This document shows positions 56,568-64,000 of a DNA stretch of 64,000 nucleotides, piece after piece. The position numbers and the translations under genes are program-made. Every line of letters starts with the position of its first letter. The first letter of the stretch is position 1. The stretch is from Squalus acanthias (lineage: Eukaryota): assembly GCA_030390025.1 (NCBI GenBank), contig CM059432.1, positions 130,636,001 to 130,700,000 of the forward strand, read 5' to 3'. The notes below the pieces were generated by a model, which was not told the DNA's origin, did not search any database, and saw only the letters and a program-made list of their open reading frames with translations.

Positions 56568-59555
56568 GTGGGGGGGGAGGTTTCAAGAGAGCAAAAAATA
56601 AAAATGTCAGCGGAGAAGGCAATAGAGCAAAGTAGCAGTGGGGTAATTAAAAACCAGAGCGTGTCAGGAAGGGACAGAATATATAAAGATAAAGGTAAAG
56701 TAGTAAAGGGGGTAAAAGCAGGAATAAATTGTCACAAAACATATTTAAAAGTTCTTTATCTGAATGCACGCAGCATTCGTAACAAAATAGACGAGTTGAC
56801 GGTACAAATAACTACGTATGGGTATGATCTTGTGGCCATTACAGAAACTTGGCTGCAGGGTGACAACGACTGGGAATTAAATATGCCAGGGTATTTAACA
56901 ATCAGGAAGGACAGGCAGGAAGGAAGAGGAGGTGGGGTAGCTATGTTAATAAAGGAAGGAATCACTGTATTACAGAGAAATGATATTGGGTCAAAGGATC
57001 AGGATAATGAAACAGTTTGGGTGGAGATAAGGAATAATAAAGGGAAAAAAACACTAGTGGGAGTAGTATATAGGCCTCCTAATAGTTGCAACTCTGCTGG
57101 AAGAAGTATTAATCAGGAAATAGTTGGGGCATGTAATAAGGGAACAGCCATAATTATGGGGGATTTTAACTATCATATTAACTGGACAAATCAAATTGGG
57201 CAGGGCAGCCTTGAGGAAGAGTTTATTGAGTGTATTAGGGATGGATTTCTTGAGCAGTATGTAACTGATCCTACAAGGGGGCAAGCAACCTTGGACCTGG
57301 TCCTGTGTAATGAGTCAGGATTAATTAATAATGTCCTAGTTAAGGATCCCCTTGGAATGAGTGACCATAACATGGTTGAATTCCATGTCCAATTAGAGGG
57401 TGAGAAGGTTGGTTCTCAGACAAGCGTACTGAGCTTGAATAAAGGAGACTATGATGGTATGAGAGCGGAATTGATAAAAGTGGACTGGGAAAATAGATTA
57501 AAGGGTAAGACGGTACATGAGCAGTGGTGTTCATTTAAGGAGTTATTTTACAACTTTCAAAAAATATATATTCCACTGAGGAAAATAGGGTGTAAAAGAA
57601 ATGACAGCCATCCGTGGCTAAGTAAAGAAATTAAGGATAGTATCCAACTAAAAACAAAGACATATAAGGTAGCCAAACTTAGTGGGAGGATAGAAGATTG
57701 GGAAGTCTTCAAAAGACAGCAAAAAGTAACTAAAGGATTGATTAAGAAAGGGAAGATAGATTATGAAAATAAATTAGCAAAAAATATAAAAACAGATAGC
57801 AAGAGTTTCTATAGTTATATAAAAAGAAAAAGGGTGGCTAAGGCAAACGTAGGTCCCTTAGAGGATGAGACCGGGAAATTAATGGTGGGAAACATGGAGA
57901 TGGCAAAAATGCTGAACAAATATTTTGTTTCAGTCTTTACGGTAGAGGACACTAAGAATATCCCAACACTGGACAAACAGGGGGCTCTAGGGGGGGAGGA
58001 GCTAAATACGATTAAAATCACTAAGGAATTGGTACTCAGTAAAATAATGGGACTCAAGGCGGATAAATCCCCTGGACCTGATGGCTTACATCCTAGGGTC
58101 TTGAGAGAAGTGGCAGTAGGGATTGTGGATGCTTTGGTAATAATTTTCCAAAATTCCCTGGACTCAGCAAAGGTCCCGGCAGATTGGAAAACTGCTAATG
58201 TAACACCCTTATTTAAAAAGGGTAGTAGGCAGAAGGCTGGAAATTATAGACCAGTTAGTCTAACATCTGTGGTGGGTAAAATTTTGGAGTCTATTATTAA
58301 GGAGACAGTAACGGAACATTTAGATAAACATAATTTAATAGGACAAAGTCAGCATGGCTTTATGAAGGGGAAGTCATGTCTGACAAATTTGCTTGAGTTC
58401 TTTGAGGACATAACGTACAGGGTGGATAAAGGGGAACCAATGGACGTAGTGTATTTAGACTTCCAGAAGGCATTCGACAAGGTGCCACATAAAAGATTAT
58501 TGCTCAAGATAAAAAATCACTGGATTGGGGGGAATATTCTGGCATGGGTGGAGGATTGGTTATCTAACAGGAAGCAGAGAGTTGGGATAAATGGTTCATT
58601 CTCGGACTGGCAACCAGTAGCCAGTGGTGTTCCGCAGGGGTCGGTGCTGGGTCCCCAACTCTTTACAATCTATATTAACGATTTGGAGGAGGGGACAGAG
58701 TGTAACATATCAAAGTTTGCAGATGATACAAAGATGGGAGGGAAAGTAGAAAGTGAGGAGGACATAAAAAACCTACAAGGGGATATAGACAAGCTGGGTG
58801 AGTGGGCGGAGATTTGGCAAATGCAATACAATATTGGAAAATGTGAGGTTATGCACTTTGGCAGGAAAAATCAGAGAGCAAGTTATTATCTTAATGGCGA
58901 GAAACTGGAAAGTACTGCAGTACAAAGGGATCTGGGGGTCCTAGTGCAAGAAAATCAAAAAGTTAGTATGCAGGTGCAGCAGGTGATCAAGAAGGCCAAC
59001 GGAATGTTGGCTTTTATTGCTAGGGGGGTAGATTATAAAAACAGGGAGGTATTGCTGCAGTTATATAAGGTATTGGTGAGACCACATCTGGAATACTGCA
59101 TACAGTTTTGGTGTCCATACTTAAGAAAAGACATACTTCCTCTCGAGGCAGTGCAAAGAAGGTTCACTCGGTTGGTCCCCGGGATGAGGGGGTTGACATA
59201 TGAGGAGAGGTTGAGTAGATTGGGACTCTACTCATTGGAGTTCAGAAGAATGAGAGGCGATCTTATTGAAACATATAAGATTGTGAAAGGGCTTGATCGG
59301 GTGGATGCGGTAAGGATGTTCCCAAGGATGGGTGAAACTAGAACTCGGGGGCATAATCTTAGAATAAAGGGCTGCTCTTTCAAAACTGAGATGAGGAGAA
59401 ACTTCTTCACTCAGAGGGTAGTAGGTCTGTGGAATTTGCTGCCCCAGGAAGCTGTGGAAGCTACATCATTAAATAAATTTAAAACAGAAATAGACAGTTT
59501 CCTAGAAGTAAAGGGAATTAGGGGTTACGGGGAGCGGGCAGGAAATTGGACATGA
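56568..59555 (+). CDS. CR1 ORF2p, apurinic endonuclease plus reverse transcriptase (first ATG at 56604)
   Basis: [63 protein letters not shown]. Confidence 0.95.
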   Translation: MGGEVSREQKIKMSAEKAIEQSSSGVIKNQSVSGRDRIYKDKGKVVKGVKAGINCHKTYLKVLYLNARSIRNKIDELTVQITTYGYDLVAITETWLQGDNDWELNMPGYLTIRKDRQEGRGGGVAMLIKEGITVLQRNDIGSKDQDNETVWVEIRNNKGKKTLVGVVYRPPNSCNSAGRSINQEIVGACNKGTAIIMGDFNYHINWTNQIGQGSLEEEFIECIRDGFLEQYVTDPTRGQATLDLVLCNESGLINNVLVKDPLGMSDHNMVEFHVQLEGEKVGSQTSVLSLNKGDYDGMRAELIKVDWENRLKGKTVHEQWCSFKELFYNFQKIYIPLRKIGCKRNDSHPWLSKEIKDSIQLKTKTYKVAKLSGRIEDWEVFKRQQKVTKGLIKKGKIDYENKLAKNIKTDSKSFYSYIKRKRVAKANVGPLEDETGKLMVGNMEMAKMLNKYFVSVFTVEDTKNIPTLDKQGALGGEELNTIKITKELVLSKIMGLKADKSPGPDGLHPRVLREVAVGIVDALVIIFQNSLDSAKVPADWKTANVTPLFKKGSRQKAGNYRPVSLTSVVGKILESIIKETVTEHLDKHNLIGQSQHGFMKGKSCLTNLLEFFEDITYRVDKGEPMDVVYLDFQKAFDKVPHKRLLLKIKNHWIGGNILAWVEDWLSNRKQRVGINGSFSDWQPVASGVPQGSVLGPQLFTIYINDLEEGTECNISKFADDTKMGGKVESEEDIKNLQGDIDKLGEWAEIWQMQYNIGKCEVMHFGRKNQRASYYLNGEKLESTAVQRDLGVLVQENQKVSMQVQQVIKKANGMLAFIARGVDYKNREVLLQLYKVLVRPHLEYCIQFWCPYLRKDILPLEAVQRRFTRLVPGMRGLTYEERLSRLGLYSLEFRRMRGDLIETYKIVKGLDRVDAVRMFPRMGETRTRGHNLRIKGCSFKTEMRRNFFTQRVVGLWNLLPQEAVEATSLNKFKTEIDSFLEVKGIRGYGERAGNWT

Positions 59556-60562
59556 GGCTGAGTTCGGATCGGTCGAGGTCCTGTAGGTGGCGTTGCGGGC
59601 CCAGGAGCTGAGTGGCCGGGTCCTGCTCCTACTTCTTGTGTTCTTTAGATTTGAGGTGAGGATCAGATCAGCCATGATCTTATTGAATGGCGGAGCAGGC
59701 TCGAAGGGCCGATTGGCCTACTCCTGCTCCTATTTCTTATGTTCTTAACAGCGGGCGAACCCGCGGGGAAACACCAGGCGATTAACTCCTTGCTGGCGTT
59801 CTGTACATTGCCAAAGGGACCGCTCTTCACATGACAGCCAGAGCCCAAAAGTGGGTAGGCTGGACAATCACAGGGGAGCATCAGAGCAGAGCTCGCTCCT
59901 GTCCCCACCAGCCAACAATACACATGCACTTCCAACAAGCATTGCTGGATAGTAATAACAAGCAGGAACCTCTGGTTCCCCCCCCACCCTTCCCTTGCCC
60001 AAGGGCACCCAGGTCAATTTTAGCAAGCCCTTCCGTCCCCCTTGAGATCAGTCAACTCAACACAGACCAGGGCCTGAGCCTAGGATCTTGTTATACAATA
60101 AGGCTCGGCTGTCTTAACCAGCAGAGTCATTAAAGGGGCCCATCACTGTTTTCTTTGCAAATGATTGCAGCTGATCAAGCTTTTTTCCTAATCTCATCCC
60201 AGGAGATATTTTTAAATAACCTGGAGGTTAACTGTTTATATTGTAGCGATAGACTTAGCTCCTCTGGCACACAGTCAGGAAAAACTCTTTCCCCCCGTGA
60301 CACCTGTGTATGTTTGATTTTGGTTGTGCTGGAAACGATGAGCTGCCATTTCCTCTGGTTGTGTGTGCGGTGCTGGTGTAAATGTTTCCTGTCCTGTTCT
60401 GCGCCCCCACCCCACCACCCCCACCACACACACACACACACACACAGTATCAGGGACTTCTCATTAACTGGACATGCAGAAGTTTGAACTGGCGCAGTTA
60501 CTTTCACTTTTCCCTCTCTTTCCTGAAGGCACTCTTTCCCGTATTGTAGTAAGTTTCCACAT

Positions 60563-62125
60563 ACAGCAAAGGCTATGGGCCCCGACAACATCCCGGCTGC
60601 CGTGCTGAAGACTTGTGCTCCAGAACTAGCTGCACCTCTAGCCAAGCTGTTCCAGTACAGCTACAACACTGGCATCTATCCGACAATGTGGAAAACCGCC
60701 CAGGTATGTCCTGTCCACAAAAAGCAGGACAAATCCAATCCGGCCAATTACCGCCCCATCAGTCTACTCTCAATCATCAGCAAAGTGATGGAAGGTGTCG
60801 TCGACCGTGCTATCAAGCGACACTTACTCACCAATAACCTGCTCACTGATGCCCAGTTTGGGTTCCACCAAGACCACTCGGTTCTGACCTCATTACAGCC
60901 TTGGTCCAAACATGGACAAAAGAGCTGAATTCCAGAGGTGAGGTGAGTGTGACTGCCCTTGACATCAAGGCACCATTTGACCGAGTGTGGCATCAAGGAG
61001 CGCTAGTAAAACTGAAGTCAATGGGAATCGGGGGGGAAACTCTCCACTGGCTGGAGTCATACCTAGCACAAAGGAAGATGGTTGTGGTGGTCGAAGGTCA
61101 ATCATCACAGCCCCAGGGCATCGCTGCAGGAGTTCCTCAGGGCAGTGTCCTAGGCCCAACCATCTTCAGCTGCTTCATCAATGACCTTCCCTCCAACATA
61201 AGGTCAAAAATGGGGATGTTCGCTGATGACTGCACAGTGTTCAGTACCATTCACAACTACTCAGATAATGAAGCAGTCCATGTCCGCATGCAACAACACC
61301 TGGACGACGTTCAGGCTTGGGCTGATAAGTGGCAGGTAACATTCGTGCCATACAAGTGCCTGGCAATGACTATCTCCAACAAGTGAGAGTCTAACCACCG
61401 CCCCTTGACATTCAACGGCATTACCATCACCGAATCCCCCACCATCAACATCCTCGGGGTCATCATTGACCAGAAACTTAACTGGACCAGCCACGTAAAT
61501 ACTGTGGCAACAAGAGCAGGTCAGAGGCTAGGTATTCTGCGGCGAGTGTCTCACCTCCTGACTCCCCAAAGCCTTCCCGCCATCTACAAGGCACAAGTAA
61601 GGAGTGTGATGGAACACTCTCCACTTGCCTGGATGAGTGCAGCTCCAACAACACTCAAGAAGCTCGACACCATCCAGGACAAAGCAGCCCGCTTGATTGG
61701 CACCCCATCCACCACCTTAAACATTCACTCCCTCCACCACCGGCGTACCATGGCTGCAGTGTGTACCATCTACAAGATGCACTGCAGCAACTCACCAAGG
61801 CTTCTTCGGCAGCACCTCCCAAACCCTTGACCTCTTCGACCTAGAACTACAAGGGCAACAGGCGCATGGGAACACCACCACCTCCAAGTTCCCCTCCAAG
61901 TCACACACCATCCTGACTTAGAAGTATATCGCCGATCCTTCATCGTCGCTGGGTCAAAATCCTGGATCTCCCTCCCTAACAGTACTGTGGGAGCACCTTC
62001 ACCACACAGACAGCAGCGGTTCAAGAAGGCGGCTCACCACCAATTTCTCAAGGGCAATTAGGGATGGGCAATAAATGCTGGCCTTGCCAGCGACGCCCAC
62101 ATCCCATAAACGAATTTTAAAAAAG
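60563..62125 (+). mobile_element. CR1-like LINE of the second family, 5'-truncated
   Basis: [44 protein letters not shown]; tail GGGCAATAAATGCTGGCCTTGCCAGCGACGCCCACATCCC. Confidence 0.92.
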
Positions 62126-62849
62126 CAATTGTCTTCCCATATCTCATCCACCATTCACATGTGACCTTTGACAGTGAATGTTGGCAGCCTTGCCAACTGT
62201 GGAAGGCATCACAGCCAAGCCTCATTCTGCCTCACCTGCTATACCTGTGTACTTCCAGCAGAGAGCACTGCATAGCAATCAGCAGCAGGAGTCCGATCTG
62301 TTTTCGCCCTTTCCTGAACCAGGGACAGTGTAACTAATTCTAGCACCCCTATCACTGGTCTCGTTAACACACAGTAATTTTCAGATTCCCACTGATGCTC
62401 TTTATTCTGGCCTCCAAACAGGGTGAATTCAGAGTACCAGTCGGCAAAACACACTGCACCAGTGCAATGTTCCCATTTCCAGCATTGTAACCTGTGCTAG
62501 TTGTTTCTGCAGGAGTTCTGATACCTGAGTTGGAAACTGGCTTGAAGTTATGAGACTTACAATATGAAGCAGCTAAACTACTATCAGTAGAGATGGTGTA
62601 TTCGCATCATTTTAACTGTGTGCCTATTCAGCTCTCTCACACGATTAAAGTAACTTCTCCAAGTCGGGAACTTGATGTCATCATGAACATTTACTGTTTA
62701 AACCAACACATTCACTTGAGTGCCACAAGTACAGGTGAAGATTTGAGTCCTGCTCTGCTCATTTTCCAATCTGAGCTGCGCTGAGTAGGGAGGTGCCAAG
62801 CAGAGACCAGGAATCAGAGGGTCATGTGTGGGTGGTCTCTGGCACCATG

Positions 62850-63170
62850 GGATGCCACCTGCCTCGGGATTGCCATCTGCCTCGAGATGCCACCTGCCTC
62901 GAGATGCCACCTGCCTCGGGATTGCCACCTGCCTCGAGATGCCACCTGCCTCGAGATGCCACCTGTCTCGAGATGCCACCTGCCTCGGGATTGCCACCTG
63001 CCTCGAGATGCCACCTGCCTCGGGATTGCCACCTGCCTCGAGATGCCACCTGCCTCGGGATTGCCACCTGCCTCGAGATGCCACCTGCCTCGGGATTGCC
63101 ACCTGCCTCGAGATGCCACCTGCCTCGGGATTGCCACCTGCCTCGAGATGCCACCTGCCTCGGGATTGTC
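62850..63170 (+). repeat. Minisatellite with 17/18-bp units (GATGCCACCTGCCTCGA / GATTGCCACCTGCCTCGG)
   Basis: About 18 tandem units of two alternating variants. Confidence 0.95.
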
Positions 63171-63224
63171 ACTTGTCTATTTTCTGATCCAAAAGCTCAT
63201 TTTTTGAGCAGGCTCTCTTTTTTA

Positions 63225-64000
63225 ATACATTAGGCAATAAATGTCTGCTCTTCTGGTATTTCTGACAATGGAGACCTGGCTCAAAAAAGGACAGGATTGG
63301 GTACTAAATATTCCTGGATATAAGGTGTTCAGGAAAGAAAAAAAAGGAGGTGGGGTGGCAGTATTGATTAAGGAGAATATTACAGTGTTGGAGAGAGAGG
63401 ATGTCCTGGAGGGGTCAAGGACAGAATCTATTTGGTTAGAGTTAAGTAACAATGGAGGTGCCATTACACTACTGGGTGTATTCTGTAGGCCACCAACTAG
63501 TGGGAAGCATATAGAGGAGCAAATTTGCAGGGAATTTACAGAGATGTGCAAGAACTATAGAGCAGTGAAAATGGGGGACTTCAGCTATCCTAATATAGAC
63601 AGGGATAGTAATAATGTAAAGGGCAGAGAGGGGGAAGAATTTCTGAAGTGTGTTCAGGAGAACTTCCTTGACCAGTACGTTTCCAGCCCAACGAGGAAGG
63701 AAGCATTGCTGGATCTGGTTCTGGGAATGAGGTGAGTCAAGTAGAGCAAATGTCAGTAGGGGAACATTAAGGGAACAGTGATCATAGTATTATAAGGTTT
63801 AGACAAGCTATGGAAAAGGACAGGAAGCAATCTAGAATGAAAATAATTAATTGGAGGCGGGCCAATTATATTTGGTTGAGAACAGATCTGGCCCAGGTAA
63901 ATTGGAATCAAAGATTGGCAGGCAAAACTGTAATCGAACAATGGGCTGCCTTTAAAGAGGAGATGATTCGGGTACAGTCAAGGTACATTCCCACAAGGGG
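63225..64000 (+). mobile_element. CR1 ORF2 endonuclease region (decayed), continues beyond the window
   Basis: ETWL, GGGVAVLI, FCRPP, MGDF, LLDLVLG, SDH. Confidence 0.88.

Larger units (their letters stand above)
55945..59748 (+). mobile_element. Young CR1 LINE with partial ORF1 and intact ORF2
   Basis: SGNH esterase ORF, then an uninterrupted 995-codon APE-RT ORF and a TTCTTATG tail. Confidence 0.96.

Noticed and set aside
62698..63233. Overlapping repetitive ORFs and a superficially CRISPR-like repeat
   Set aside because: Contiguous 17/18-bp tandem units with no unique spacers, in a vertebrate context with no cas genes.
45200..64000. Exons of a downstream neighbour such as WASHC5, expected from mammalian synteny
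   Set aside because: No recognisable exon found; the region is almost all repeats. Very short exons cannot be excluded by eye.

Overview
Eukaryotic, repeat-rich vertebrate DNA, most likely from a cartilaginous fish (inferred from shark-type CR1, Deu-domain SINE and Penelope repeats). The only host gene I can support is a complete + strand squalene epoxidase (SQLE). It has 11 coding exons from ATG 20847 to TGA 43421, all introns are GT-AG, and the 1722-nt CDS encodes 573 aa. Its GC-rich promoter carries two inverted CCAAT boxes, a GC box and an SRE-like site. Upstream lies a decayed two-gene PIF/Harbinger transposon (2890-10275) whose transposase is split by a very young Ty3/Gypsy element (4220-8683, identical 194-bp LTRs, AATAC TSD). 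That element has no tRNA-type PBS; instead an 11-nt PBS-position sequence is complementary to its own LTR, suggesting Tf1-like self-priming. G-rich minisatellite arrays, split by a Vingi/Ingi-like LINE with nested inserts, end in an inverted array pair next to the promoter. Four Penelope-derived loci carry minimal hammerhead-ribozyme motifs, including two copies of a ~220-bp fold-back element with a hammerhead motif on each strand. The rest is CR1 LINEs (one with an intact 995-codon ORF2), SINE relics, MITE-like elements and a 17/18-bp minisatellite. All calls were made by eye; no database searches were run.
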